From an uncultured virus (IMG/VR IMGVR_UViG_3300021400_000484) (lineage: Duplodnaviria; Heunggongvirae; Uroviricota; Caudoviricetes), in the IMG/VR virus record IMGVR_UViG_3300021400_000484, positions 1 through 64,000 of that record: a stretch of 64,000 bases of DNA; one strand, written 5' to 3'. The notes under the pieces were generated by a model. That model worked only from the letters and a program-made list of their open reading frames with translations, made no database searches and was not told the origin of the DNA. Below are positions 1 to 10,845 of the stretch, in pieces. The position numbers were made by a program, and so were the translations under genes. The number at the start of each line of letters is the position of its first letter. The stretch's first letter is position 1.

Positions 1-3000
1 GGAATTAAATTATAAATTACTGAACTAGTAGCCTGTACTCCAACAACCTCTTTTCTTACTGGTGTAGACAAGTAAGCATTGATCGTACTCAACATAAAAG
101 ATTCAGATGCTAAGATTGCTGTCGTTGCTGTATCAGCATTTCCTGTTAAAGTACCAGTCAAAGTACCAGTAAATGTTTTATTACCAGATATTGTTTGTAC
201 AGTATCTGTAGTAACATGGTTTGTAGGTAAATCAGAAGAAGTTATAAATCCAGCACCATTGGTTAATTGATTTGTATTTGTTGGAACGGTAATGTTTGCT
301 GTGACATTAGAAACATTATTTGCATTAAAAGTAGCTACATTTGATCCATTCTTTTGAATGGTTAATGTTCCATTACCGATTGTTGGTGTATTGTCTAAAT
401 CATTATAATCATTTGTTACAGCAGCAGCACCGACTGTTTCAACAATAACGTCAGGCTCAAACATTGAAACCTTAATAAAGGTATTAGAATTTACCTGAGT
501 TATAGATGCACTGTAAGTAGATGCTGATGAAAGTGTTATTGTGCGAGTATCGTCTATAACACCATTAGTTGTTGTAAGAGTATAGCTACCGCCAAAATTT
601 ACAGTTAGTGAATAAGATGCAGTTGTTGATTGCATTCTTGTTCTTACAATATATGTTCCAGCGGGCATTGGAGTGCCAGATACAGGGAACGAGCCAGAAA
701 TACCACTTAGTGTAAGATTACCACTACCAGACACGTTTGTTCTAGTCATGCTACATATAAAATCAGAACTATAAATGTCATCTGGGATGTGTAAATCTAC
801 ATTTTTATTTGTAATAGTTTGCGTTGTACCATCGACGGAAATAGATGTGAGTGGAATGTCTGATGATGTTATATATGAACTTGAATCAACAGAACCGTCT
901 GCTTTTAAGAATTGAGATGAAGTACCATTTTTCTTTATAAAGCTATAAGCATATATATTCTTCCAATATTTAGAAGAACTACCTAAATCGTATGCGTTAT
1001 AAGTGTCTGGAATAATATCATCTTTTGCTGTTACTTGTGTATCGGTAGCTGTTAATTTTGCTGTTGTAGTTGAATTTGCTGTATATGATAAGTTAGTTGC
1101 ATTTGTTGCATTTATTGCGTTTGTTGCCGTAGTAGCGGTGTTTGCATTTCCTGTGAATGTTGTGCCATTTATTGTTGTTATAAATGCAGAAGTTACATAA
1201 CTTGAACCATCTCCTATATATTGAGCATATAAAGCGTTCCATCTATTATTGCTAGATCCTAAACTAAAGCTACCATCAGATAATGGTAAAACTTTACAAC
1301 CAAAAGAAAAACTACTATTTGTGCTAGAATGATCAATATTTACATCTAAAATTGTTCTTTTTACATTGAACCAAGTTCCCGCTATATCATCATTTGATGC
1401 TATTTTATTAAGAACTTGCATTTTTAAACTAAATGGTGAAACTATAAATTGAGCTTGCCCATTAGTAGAATTGTTTGATCTAAATCTTGTACATATAGCA
1501 GGATATGCAGTAGAATCTGCATCTTCTGTAATAAATGTCACGGTTTCCATGCCATTTTTATTTGTAATATAATCAATTCTATTAAATTTTTGATTTTTAC
1601 AAATAAAAGTGCTTGTGCTTGGTACATAAGACGCGCCATTACCTGTCTCATCAATAGCCGTTGGTGTATATAAAGTTTTATTAGCACGATCTGTTGTACT
1701 TGAATTTACACTTCCTGCAAAAACAATAGGACAAATATAACTAGCTGATGAGTTTCCAAGTAAGCCTACATTGTCTGCATTTGTGGCAGTAGTAGCTGTA
1801 TCAGCATTTCCTGTGAGTGTACCTGTTAGTGTGCCAGAAAACGTTTTATTTCCAGTAATGGTTTGAGCTGTATCGGTTGTTACATGATTTGTTGGTAAAT
1901 CGGACGAGGTAATAAAACCTGCACCATTTGTTAGCTGGTTTGTATTTGTTGGGATCTTACGATTTGTTCCATCGGCGACATCATCCAAGTTTAAAGTAAT
2001 ATCACTTGAGAGTGCTTTACTATTTACTTTTCTTGAAGTTGGAACGTAATTACTTAATTTACGTGTAGACCCATCAGCTACTTCGTCTAAATTATAAGAA
2101 GGCTTATTTGTAGTCTTAGCCCATGATGGAACTGTAGGATCAGTTTCTGTATATGAAGTTAAATAGCCAGCGTCATTATTAAATGCACTTACATTTGTTG
2201 GGACATCAGAAGATGTAATAAATCCAGAGTCATTTGTTAAATCTGATGTTTTAGATGGTAAAACAACGCCTGACCATAATTTAATACCATTGCCATCATG
2301 ATAATACACAGGATGGTTTTGGAAAAGTTCTACTGCTGTTGCAGATGTGGCTGTCCCTAAAAAGATATAAATCTTGCCATCATTTGATGTTGGTAAATCT
2401 TGAACAGTTGGGGTTGTTGAGTCAATTATAGCAGACCCATCTGCTTGTGGGGCACATTTTACATATACTGGTTTTTCAGCTGTTAATGCGAGAGTTCCAC
2501 CATTTACATTAAACGAGTAACCTAATGATAAATTATACTGATCCCATATAGTTGCAGCTGCTAAATTAGCGCCAGTTGCATAGTTTGTACTTGCAGAAGT
2601 ATAAACAATTCTACCGAATGGATTAATCGGTCTTTGATTTACTGCTCTCGCTGTGGTAGCATCGTTAGTAGAGTTTACAGACGCAGGTACCCATAAGTTA
2701 CCGTTCGCTGATGTAAAGTATAATTTATAATATCTTGCTGTATCAGATACATTCATTACTGTGGAATTAGTTCTTAACTGATAACCAACGGTATTTGAGT
2801 TTGAATCGTACCATTCATTCATTCTCCATACTTTTTCGTATGAAGTTGATCCTACTGTACGATTTAATAATAATGTTAATTGAACTACTGAGCCAATACC
2901 AATATGAGTACTTGTAGCCGTACTTCCAGCGTTTCTTCTAACAGGAATAGCACCTGTTGTTGTGCCGTCTGGTAAAGTTAATTCTAATGTTATAGCTGTA

Positions 3001-6000
3001 GAAGTACATGCTACTGGTACAAAGTAGTTCACGCACATACCTTCATATATTGAATCTTGTATGGTATTACCTTTCCATAAAGATGTTGATGAAGTTTGTG
3101 TACCGACAATAAACTCTTGACCACGTTTAAATACAAAGTTGTCGATATCTTCACTTGATGAAGTGCTTCCAATCTTTAACTTATTTTCAGCTATTGTTTT
3201 AGCACCAGTTATTTCTTGTGCTGTGTCTGTAGTTGCATGATTAGTTGGAAGATCTGAAGACACCAAGTAACCAGCATCGTTTATAAATGAACTTACATTT
3301 GTTGGAATATCAGCTGAAGTAATAAATCCAGAATTATTTGTTAAATCTGAAGTGCTGTCTGGTATTTGTGAGACTGTTGCAAATCCCTGGCTTGATATAT
3401 AAGATGCTACTGCTTTAGAAGTAGGTAAGTTTGTTGATGAAGATGTCATAGTAGTTTCATCAACATCTACATAAGCACCCTCTTTTAGGTTAGTCTTTAA
3501 CTCGTATGGAGTTAAAGCAGCAGAGGTTATATAACCTGAATCGTTATTTAGCTCACTGACATTAGTTGGTAGTTCACTACTTGTAATGAATCCAGAATCA
3601 TTATTTAATGCAGATATATTTGTTGGTATATCTGATGTAAGTGCCATTGTACCTGAGTTTGAAGGCACTGTAATCTGATAAGAACTACTCTTACATATTT
3701 TCCCAGCAATATATAAATCTTTCCATCTATATGATGAAGTACCAATGTCTATTGAATTATCCAAACCTGAAACAGGTCTAAATGTTGTTGCTTCAAAAGT
3801 ATATTTACCTGCATAAGTTGATCCTGATCTAGTACCATAAGCTAAACCACCAGAAGGATTTGAACCAAACCAAGCATTACCAAGAACTAATTTAGCATTA
3901 TTAGCAAAGGTTGCTGATGTTGCAATAGGTAAAATTAAATTATTAGAGTCATCAATAATAACATTGCTATTTTGAACTTCACCAGATGTACCGTTAAATC
4001 TAACTATTGCGTTGTCTGTAGATGAAACTTTTAAAACATAATCATCTAAAGAGGATGAAGTAATAAAGTTAGAATCATTTGTTAATTCAGAAGTTTTAGT
4101 AGGTACACTTGAAGCTAAAGCAAAACCTTGATCTGATATATAAGATTTAATAGCAGAGGTAGTTGGTAAATTAGCATCTGTATTCATATCTGTGGAATAG
4201 TTCTTTGTTGAAGCTGTTCCAAGATTTAAATTAGTTATTGCTGAACTAATTTGTGTATTAGTTTCTGTTTTAGTATAATAATTAGAGGCATCGAATATAT
4301 CAGAAATAGGGATCTCTATATCCTCTTTACCAGCATCTGTATTAAAAGAGATAACTAATTTATCATTAGAAATTTCTACAGTATCTATCATACCATCTTT
4401 AATAAAAGCAGATGCATCTATGTCTGTATTTAATTTAGTACTAGAGGAATTATAAAATTCTATTTTCTTTGTTGTAGCATTATATTGTGCAGAAGCAACT
4501 ACACCTGCTAAAGATTGATGTGATGTTAAATATCCAGCATCATTATTAAAAGCACTAACATTAGTAGGAATAGAAGCACTAGTAATAAATCCACTATCAT
4601 TTGTTATTTCCGATGTTTTTGTTGGAATAAGTGGCTCAATATAAGATGTTATAGCATTAACTGTAGCTAAATTTGTAGAAGTTTTAGTAGAAGATGTTAT
4701 AGAAGTATTAACATCTTTATAAGCACCATCTTTTAAATTTGATTTTAATTCAAAGTCTGGCAAATCCTCATCAGTTAAGTATCCACTATCATTATTAAGT
4801 TGAGAGACATTTGTAGGTACTTGTGAAACTGTAGCATAATTTAAACCTGATATATAAGAGGCAATAGCTTTTCCCGTAGGTAAATTTGTAGATGTAGATG
4901 TCATGGTTGTCTCATCTACGTCTATATAAGCACCTTCTTTTAGATTAGTTTTCAATTCATAAGGCGTTAATGCACTTGATGTAATATAACCTGCATCATT
5001 AGTAAGTTGAGAAACTTTTGTTGGGAGTGATGCTGATGTTATATACGTACTTGAATCTAATGAACCATCACCTTTAACAAACTGAGATGATGTACCATCG
5101 GTTGTTCTGAATCTAGGTGCTGTTAAATCGTGGTATAACGTCTGAGCAACAGTTTTATTAAATACAGACATTTGTTGTAATGTACCACGTGTCTGATAAA
5201 ATGCCACCTCTGTTACGTTAGCTGTAACACTGTCTTTGGCATTTATCGTAATTTCCATTTGAGTTACGCCATAAAAGCCAGTGTTTACACCACGATATAA
5301 AGCCTGATTACTATTTTTACATACATTAGTTAAAGTAATACTATGCCATCCTGGATTCTGCGCCCAGTCAGAATAAACGCGACATGTAACAGATTCAGGT
5401 ACATTAGTATAGTAAAAAGCTACCTCAAGATAACCATAAGGATACCCTCCGCTCCACATTTTTGTATTATTCTTACCAGATATAAGTATAACACCAGTGC
5501 CATTTTTAGGTACTACAACATTTGTTTCAAATGAGCCATCAAATAATGAAGCTGAAGCATTGTTATTGCTAAATCCAGTTAATGTGACATCATATCGTTT
5601 ATTTGCTGCCCACAATGTGTTATGAATCTCATACTGCCATAATCTTCTATTATCAAAGCCATTTATAGTTGAGATAACTTCACTATAAGGGATATAATTA
5701 TTTAATTTTCTAGTAGAACCATCTAACACATCATCTAAATTTAATGTAATATCAGATGAAAGTGCTTTATTATTTACTTTTCTTGAAGTAGGAACATAGT
5801 TTGATAGTTTTCGTGTTGATCCATCTGTAACTTCATCTAAATTGTATGATGGTTTATTAGCTTGTTTAGCCCAATTTGGAACTGTAGGATCTGCCTCTGT
5901 TGTAATATATCCAACATCATTATTAAATGCACTAATATCAGATGGAATACTAGCTGAAGTAATAAATCCAGAATTATTTGTTAAATCTGATGTCTTTGTT

Positions 6001-8303
6001 GGAACAGTGATATTTACATTTTTATTTGTTACTGTTTGTGCTATATTATTAACAGATATAGACTCTATTACATTATTTTCACCAGTTGCTATCGTGACAT
6101 TACCAGTTCCTATTAAAGACTGATTATTAATTGTTTTAATAGACTGATGAGATGTTAAAAAGTTTGAATCATTTGTGAGTTGAGAAGTTTTAGTTGGTAA
6201 CTTTCTTGTTGACCCATCTGTAACTTCATCTAAAGTATAAGATGGTTTAGTGGATTGCTTAGCCCATGAAGGGACAGTTGGATCTGTTTCTGTAAATGAT
6301 GTTAAATACCCAACATCATTATTGAATGCAGAAACATCTTCTGGGATATCTGATGAAGTAATAAAACCAGCATCATTTGTTAAATCTGATGTGTTTGTTG
6401 GTATAGTTGGTTTATTTAATAAATCATTATAAGAACCAGACGTAGCCACAGAATGCAAACCTAGATTTATTGTTTTTTCTGTATCCGTGTTTGTTGTAAA
6501 GGAATCGCCAGTATCAGACGTATTTTTCTTTATTGTTATTGTCGTGTCGTTTACTGTTGGTATAGTTGGTTTATTTAACAAATCATTATAACTACCGCTT
6601 GTTGCGACAGTAGCTAACCCTAAATTGATCGTTTTTTCTATATCTGTATTTGTAGTAAACGAGTCACCAGTATCAGAAGTGTTTTTCTTTATTGTTATTG
6701 TTGTATCATTAACAGTAGGAATAACAGTAGTATCTGGCAATGCATGAACTTCAGCGGCTGTATATGAAGGTTTATTTGGCTGTTTTGCCCAAGATGGAAC
6801 GGTTGGATCTGTTTCTGTATAAGAAGTTAAATATCCTGCGTCATTAGTAAATGAACTAACATTTGTTGGAATATCAGATGAAGTAATAAAACCAGAATCA
6901 TTTGTCAAATCTGAAGTATTTGTTGGTATTGAATCTTCTAAGTCATCAATCTTTGCTGAGTTTATAAATGATTGATGTGTTATTTGAGTGACGACACCAT
7001 CTTTCAAGGTGTACATAGGATGTTCTGGTAATAATGAAATTGTTGTAGCTGAATAAGCTATACCAACTAGAACATAAATATCATCTGTTGTAACTTCTTG
7101 TGCATGATAATTAGGATTGTTAAAATAGAATTTCCCATCATTATGAAATGTACCAACAAAATAAAATGGCTTTCCTATGATTAGATGGGTTGTTGTTACA
7201 TCAGCAAAATAATTTGTATAAGATAAGGTATTATAAATATTATAATGAGTTGCGGTAGTGTTAGATCCAGAATTTACTTTAGTAGTACCTGAAGTATAAA
7301 AGATTACATCAGGATAAAACCCACTAGTATTTAAAACATGACTAGCTACGTTAGTAGAATAAGATAACATGATTGATTCCCATGTATCTACACCTGTGCG
7401 CATAACAAGGCATCTACCGTAAATACCATTAGTACCAGCTTTTAAAGGTTGTGCTGTGGAAATATAACTTGTTGTATTGCCATCAACATAATCTGAATCT
7501 GCGAACCATCCTTTAGCAATAGTTGTTGAACCTATGACAACATTTTCCATATATGTTAATTGAATAACAGAACCAACTGGAAAATGTGTACCTACAGCCG
7601 TTGTTCCCCTAAAATAAATAGGTATAGCATCTGTTTCATTTCCATTTGATAAAGTTAAGGTAAGAGTAGAACTAGCTTTGCCTGCAAAAGGTAAAAAGTA
7701 GTTTATACACATTCCTTCATACAAACTATCTCTAATAGTATTACCAGTCCAAGAAGCCGTTGAAACAGATTGTGTACCTCTAATTAATTCTGTATCTTTA
7801 TTTTTTAATAATTCGTCTACTTGAGGCTTAGAATAAACAGAATAAGTATCATCAGATGAAATTTCTGGATTTTCAATATGTACAATACCATCATTGTTAT
7901 GAGAAGCATTAGGCATTCCTGCTTGTATTGATGAAAATAAAAATCCATTTGTAAACACAGAAAAATCTAAAGATAAAAATAAAGTTAGCGGTTGACCATT
8001 TTTTTGAACTATTGGTGTTGTTTGTGAATAACCAGCAACAATTTTCTTTTCATTATTATCATTTATGTAAAATAAAATTGTTTTTGATTGATATTCTGAT
8101 ATACTTAAATCTCGTATTCTAACATTTCCAATATTCTTATTTAAATTACCACATGCTTCTTCATCTAAATTTACTGTGTAAGAAGATATGTCTGATAAAG
8201 TGGTTATCTCTTCTATATAATCATATAACAAAATAATTCCGTCAAAAATAACTTGTGAAGAAATCAATGTTTGACCATAATTTGTTAATTCAACTTGAAA
8301 CAT
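1..8303 (-). CDS. Giant tail fibre / receptor-binding protein, >2,760 aa, runs off the window's left edge
   Basis: ATG at 8303 after SD AGGGGA. The same frame is open at position 3, and the ORF track lists nothing here, consistent with no in-window stop. N-terminus MFQVELTNYGQ resembles the adjacent fibre; many fibre-shaft repeats (TETDPTVPSWAK, IPTKTSDLTNDSGFITS). Confidence 0.85.
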   Translation of the reverse strand, partial: MFQVELTNYGQTLISSQVIFDGIILLYDYIEEITTLSDISSYTVNLDEEACGNLNKNIGNVRIRDLSISEYQSKTILFYINDNNEKKIVAGYSQTTPIVQKNGQPLTLFLSLDFSVFTNGFLFSSIQAGMPNASHNNDGIVHIENPEISSDDTYSVYSKPQVDELLKNKDTELIRGTQSVSTASWTGNTIRDSLYEGMCINYFLPFAGKASSTLTLTLSNGNETDAIPIYFRGTTAVGTHFPVGSVIQLTYMENVVIGSTTIAKGWFADSDYVDGNTTSYISTAQPLKAGTNGIYGRCLVMRTGVDTWESIMLSYSTNVASHVLNTSGFYPDVIFYTSGTTKVNSGSNTTATHYNIYNTLSYTNYFADVTTTHLIIGKPFYFVGTFHNDGKFYFNNPNYHAQEVTTDDIYVLVGIAYSATTISLLPEHPMYTLKDGVVTQITHQSFINSAKIDDLEDSIPTNTSDLTNDSGFITSSDIPTNVSSFTNDAGYLTSYTETDPTVPSWAKQPNKPSYTAAEVHALPDTTVIPTVNDTTITIKKNTSDTGDSFTTNTDIEKTINLGLATVATSGSYNDLLNKPTIPTVNDTTITIKKNTSDTGDSFTTNTDTEKTINLGLHSVATSGSYNDLLNKPTIPTNTSDLTNDAGFITSSDIPEDVSAFNNDVGYLTSFTETDPTVPSWAKQSTKPSYTLDEVTDGSTRKLPTKTSQLTNDSNFLTSHQSIKTINNQSLIGTGNVTIATGENNVIESISVNNIAQTVTNKNVNITVPTKTSDLTNNSGFITSASIPSDISAFNNDVGYITTEADPTVPNWAKQANKPSYNLDEVTDGSTRKLSNYVPTSRKVNNKALSSDITLNLDDVLDGSTRKLNNYIPYSEVISTINGFDNRRLWQYEIHNTLWAANKRYDVTLTGFSNNNASASLFDGSFETNVVVPKNGTGVILISGKNNTKMWSGGYPYGYLEVAFYYTNVPESVTCRVYSDWAQNPGWHSITLTNVCKNSNQALYRGVNTGFYGVTQMEITINAKDSVTANVTEVAFYQTRGTLQQMSVFNKTVAQTLYHDLTAPRFRTTDGTSSQFVKGDGSLDSSTYITSASLPTKVSQLTNDAGYITSSALTPYELKTNLKEGAYIDVDETTMTSTSTNLPTGKAIASYISGLNYATVSQVPTNVSQLNNDSGYLTDEDLPDFELKSNLKDGAYKDVNTSITSSTKTSTNLATVNAITSYIEPLIPTKTSEITNDSGFITSASIPTNVSAFNNDAGYLTSHQSLAGVVASAQYNATTKKIEFYNSSSTKLNTDIDASAFIKDGMIDTVEISNDKLVISFNTDAGKEDIEIPISDIFDASNYYTKTETNTQISSAITNLNLGTASTKNYSTDMNTDANLPTTSAIKSYISDQGFALASSVPTKTSELTNDSNFITSSSLDDYVLKVSSTDNAIVRFNGTSGEVQNSNVIIDDSNNLILPIATSATFANNAKLVLGNAWFGSNPSGGLAYGTRSGSTYAGKYTFEATTFRPVSGLDNSIDIGTSSYRWKDLYIAGKICKSSSYQITVPSNSGTMALTSDIPTNISALNNDSGFITSSELPTNVSELNNDSGYITSAALTPYELKTNLKEGAYVDVDETTMTSSSTNLPTSKAVASYISSQGFATVSQIPDSTSDLTNNSGFITSADIPTNVSSFINDAGYLVSSDLPTNHATTDTAQEITGAKTIAENKLKIGSTSSSEDIDNFVFKRGQEFIVGTQTSSTSLWKGNTIQDSIYEGMCVNYFVPVACTSTAITLELTLPDGTTTGAIPVRRNAGSTATSTHIGIGSVVQLTLLLNRTVGSTSYEKVWRMNEWYDSNSNTVGYQLRTNSTVMNVSDTARYYKLYFTSANGNLWVPASVNSTNDATTARAVNQRPINPFGRIVYTSASTNYATGANLAAATIWDQYNLSLGYSFNVNGGTLALTAEKPVYVKCAPQADGSAIIDSTTPTVQDLPTSNDGKIYIFLGTATSATAVELFQNHPVYYHDGNGIKLWSGVVLPSKTSDLTNDSGFITSSDVPTNVSAFNNDAGYLTSYTETDPTVPSWAKTTNKPSYNLDEVADGSTRKLSNYVPTSRKVNSKALSSDITLNLDDVADGTNRKIPTNTNQLTNGAGFITSSDLPTNHVTTDTAQTITGNKTFSGTLTGTLTGNADTATTATNADNVGLLGNSSASYICPIVFAGSVNSSTTDRANKTLYTPTAIDETGNGASYVPSTSTFICKNQKFNRIDYITNKNGMETVTFITEDADSTAYPAICTRFRSNNSTNGQAQFIVSPFSLKMQVLNKIASNDDIAGTWFNVKRTILDVNIDHSSTNSSFSFGCKVLPLSDGSFSLGSSNNRWNALYAQYIGDGSSYVTSAFITTINGTTFTGNANTATTATNAINATNATNLSYTANSTTTAKLTATDTQVTAKDDIIPDTYNAYDLGSSSKYWKNIYAYSFIKKNGTSSQFLKADGSVDSSSYITSSDIPLTSISVDGTTQTITNKNVDLHIPDDIYSSDFICSMTRTNVSGSGNLTLSGISGSFPVSGTPMPAGTYIVRTRMQSTTASYSLTVNFGGSYTLTTTNGVIDDTRTITLSSASTYSASITQVNSNTFIKVSMFEPDVIVETVGAAAVTNDYNDLDNTPTIGNGTLTIQKNGSNVATFNANNVSNVTANITVPTNTNQLTNGAGFITSSDLPTNHVTTDTVQTISGNKTFTGTLTGTLTGNADTATTAILASESFMLSTINAYLSTPVRKEVVGVQATSSVIYNLI
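6396..6713. repeat. Tandem ~159-bp (53-aa) duplication inside the giant fibre gene
   Basis: TGTTGGTATAGTTGGTTTATTT starts at 6396 and 6555; similarity continues through each unit. Confidence 0.85.
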
Positions 8304-8360
8304 ATCATCCCCTTAATATTTGTTACACAGTATTTGAAGTTTTTTCTTATATAAAAATTT

Positions 8361-8391
8361 GCCGCAGAACGCTGTATTAACGAACTGCGGC
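8361..8391 (-). terminator. Putative intrinsic terminator hairpin between fibre genes
   Basis: GCCGCAG...CTGCGGC stem in the intergenic gap. Confidence 0.5.
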
Positions 8392-8423
8392 ATTTTATCG
8401 TTTGTGTCGGTTATTCGTTATTA

Positions 8424-10802
8424 CTAATTACTAATTTTTTGTGCCAATACCAAGCAAGGTTCTGTTGCTGTACGCTTAACCGCTACTGACAAAAGCCTCC
8501 ATGTGCCTGTCATGGCAGGTGCTACTGATTTATAAGATATTTGCCCAGACATTGGCAAGGAAATTCCTACTGGTTTTAGATATGTACCACTAACGGTTTG
8601 ACCATAAGCTTTTTCTGCTCCGACTTCAGAATATATAAATAAGCCAATAGAACCAACAGCATCAGCTGTCGATAAAGCATCTAATACATCCTCTTTTGCA
8701 TCATCAATCGCAGAACGAACCGTACCAAGCGTTGGTAGTTTAGAATTATTTGTTGTATCAGCCCATGTTGAATCACTATACGAAGAATAAATGCTAGAGC
8801 CTGTTACACTTCCATTTAAGATGACACCACCATTGAATGTGTTTGTATATCCTGCTGCGAATGTATTACTTGCTGCAACCTTTGCATAGGCAGACATGTC
8901 GCCAGTAAAAGAATTTAAATAATCAACAGTAACCAATCGACCATCTTCTAACGTTCCACCAGTTACATCACGATAAGATGCGACAAAATCACCAGAAGCA
9001 TCGGGTATGCTTGTGGAAGTTCCTGCTGTCTTTCTTAAATCTAATGCACTAACATTATCTAATTTTACAGTAAAAGCACCGTTTGTTGTGTCATATTCTG
9101 TCGAAACATCTTTTGAAGAACCGTCAGCAAGAATTGTTAATGTATTATTTGTAGTGATATGCTGACCGTCTGGAATTGAGAGTGTATTAGTAGATGCTGT
9201 CGATTGTTTTATAACAAGTGGAGATGCGATTGTCTGTGATGTCGCAGAAGTTAATTTTACAAAAACACTAGACAAATCGGATATAGCAGAATCAACATGA
9301 TCATAAACAGCTTTTGTTGAAGGCGCATTCGTTGTTGAAGAAGTTGACTCTATTGTTTGATCTAAGCTTGCTTTGGCAACAAACAAAGAACTTGTTTCAG
9401 ATTTTGTGTAAGCATCTACACCATACTCGCCGACATAGTGCCAATAAAACCCTGACTTATTGTATGCAGCAATATCTCTCGTACCAGACGTAGGTGTTCC
9501 TGAAAGCAAAGTATAGACAGTTGAAATTCCTTCGGAAGATGTATCAATTGTTCCGTCTGGATTTGATTTATCATGCAATAGTTGTACTTTATCATTAGCA
9601 TTTAAATTTGAAGCATCTAATGTTGCTAAATCAGAGCGTAAATCTACAATATCTGCTAAATTTTGACCTGCGTTAATACCATCAATTTGAGACTGCAAAT
9701 TCTGGTCTGCCAGTTGGAATGCACTCGTAACAGAAGCATCACCTGCATTTATCGCGGATCTAATAGTTCCTAGAGTTGGTAGTTTTGCATTGTTTGCAGA
9801 ATTATCCCATGAAGTAGCATCATAAGTTGAATAAACGCCATCGCCTGTGTAAGAAGATGCAACAACACCGTCAGAAAATGTTTTAACTCCATTGATAGTT
9901 TCATTTCCAACTAAATGAACATAATTTCCATCAATTTGACTTAGTTTTGTTTCAACGTAAGATCTAACAGCATGAGATGTAACTAATTTTTTAGCCGCGT
10001 CTGTTTCTGTGTCGTTAGTGTCTACTGCATTTGAATACAAAGCTGCGATATAAGAACCATTTACAAGTTTTGAAGTATCTGTAATTGCACCGCTTGTAAT
10101 CGTCGGTGAAGATGCGACAGCAGTACCTGTTACATAACCATCTACTGATATACTTGAAACACCACTAACAGCACTTCCAGTTACAGCTATTTCTACTGTT
10201 TGTGTTGGTGAACTATAATCATTAACGATGTTAAGAGAAGAAATGTTTACTGACCCAGTATCAGGAGTTCCTGCTGTTGTGTTCCACGGAACATATTTAG
10301 GTGATCCAGATATTTTTGAGTCAATAACAGACTCAACTACAGATGCTGAATATACTGTTGAACTCTTTTGTGTCTCACCAGTTGCGGCAGCAAACCTTAC
10401 TACGCCATCTCTAAATGTTGTTGCATACGGTAAATTTATATGTGTTGTAATAAATGAACATTTTTCTGCATCATCAAATTGAGCAGTTATTCTTAATTTT
10501 AACTTTTTATTCGCTTCTTTTACAACAGAAACATTTTCAGATGTTGCAAGTTCAGTTTCGCCTGACTTTAATCTAATTTGAGTGATTGTGTAAGCACTTG
10601 AAGAATTATCGTCAAAATCAATTACGACATAATCACCAATTCCTGAATCATCTGCGACAACACTTCCAGAAAATTCTGTAATCGTTTTAATCGAAGTCGA
10701 TTCATTATATAAAACAATAGAATCAATTAATACAGGATTGGATCCTTCAGTTGCACTGTTTAATGCAGATTGACCTGCTGTTGTAGCTGTAAATTTTATC
10801 AT
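8424..10802 (-). CDS. Tail fibre / baseplate-attached fibre protein (792 aa)
   Basis: S/T-rich; YVHLVGNETINGVKTF fibre motif; N-terminal domain like the giant fibre; SD GGAGG. Confidence 0.8.
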   Translation of the reverse strand: MIKFTATTAGQSALNSATEGSNPVLIDSIVLYNESTSIKTITEFSGSVVADDSGIGDYVVIDFDDNSSSAYTITQIRLKSGETELATSENVSVVKEANKKLKLRITAQFDDAEKCSFITTHINLPYATTFRDGVVRFAAATGETQKSSTVYSASVVESVIDSKISGSPKYVPWNTTAGTPDTGSVNISSLNIVNDYSSPTQTVEIAVTGSAVSGVSSISVDGYVTGTAVASSPTITSGAITDTSKLVNGSYIAALYSNAVDTNDTETDAAKKLVTSHAVRSYVETKLSQIDGNYVHLVGNETINGVKTFSDGVVASSYTGDGVYSTYDATSWDNSANNAKLPTLGTIRSAINAGDASVTSAFQLADQNLQSQIDGINAGQNLADIVDLRSDLATLDASNLNANDKVQLLHDKSNPDGTIDTSSEGISTVYTLLSGTPTSGTRDIAAYNKSGFYWHYVGEYGVDAYTKSETSSLFVAKASLDQTIESTSSTTNAPSTKAVYDHVDSAISDLSSVFVKLTSATSQTIASPLVIKQSTASTNTLSIPDGQHITTNNTLTILADGSSKDVSTEYDTTNGAFTVKLDNVSALDLRKTAGTSTSIPDASGDFVASYRDVTGGTLEDGRLVTVDYLNSFTGDMSAYAKVAASNTFAAGYTNTFNGGVILNGSVTGSSIYSSYSDSTWADTTNNSKLPTLGTVRSAIDDAKEDVLDALSTADAVGSIGLFIYSEVGAEKAYGQTVSGTYLKPVGISLPMSGQISYKSVAPAMTGTWRLLSVAVKRTATEPCLVLAQKISN

Positions 10803-10845
10803 GTCGCCTCCAATAGCAAATGCTATGGTTATAGGTTAAAACAAA

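Noticed and set aside
79..6432. Short plus-strand ORFs in the first 6.5 kb
   Set aside because: Antisense shadows of the giant minus-strand fibre gene.
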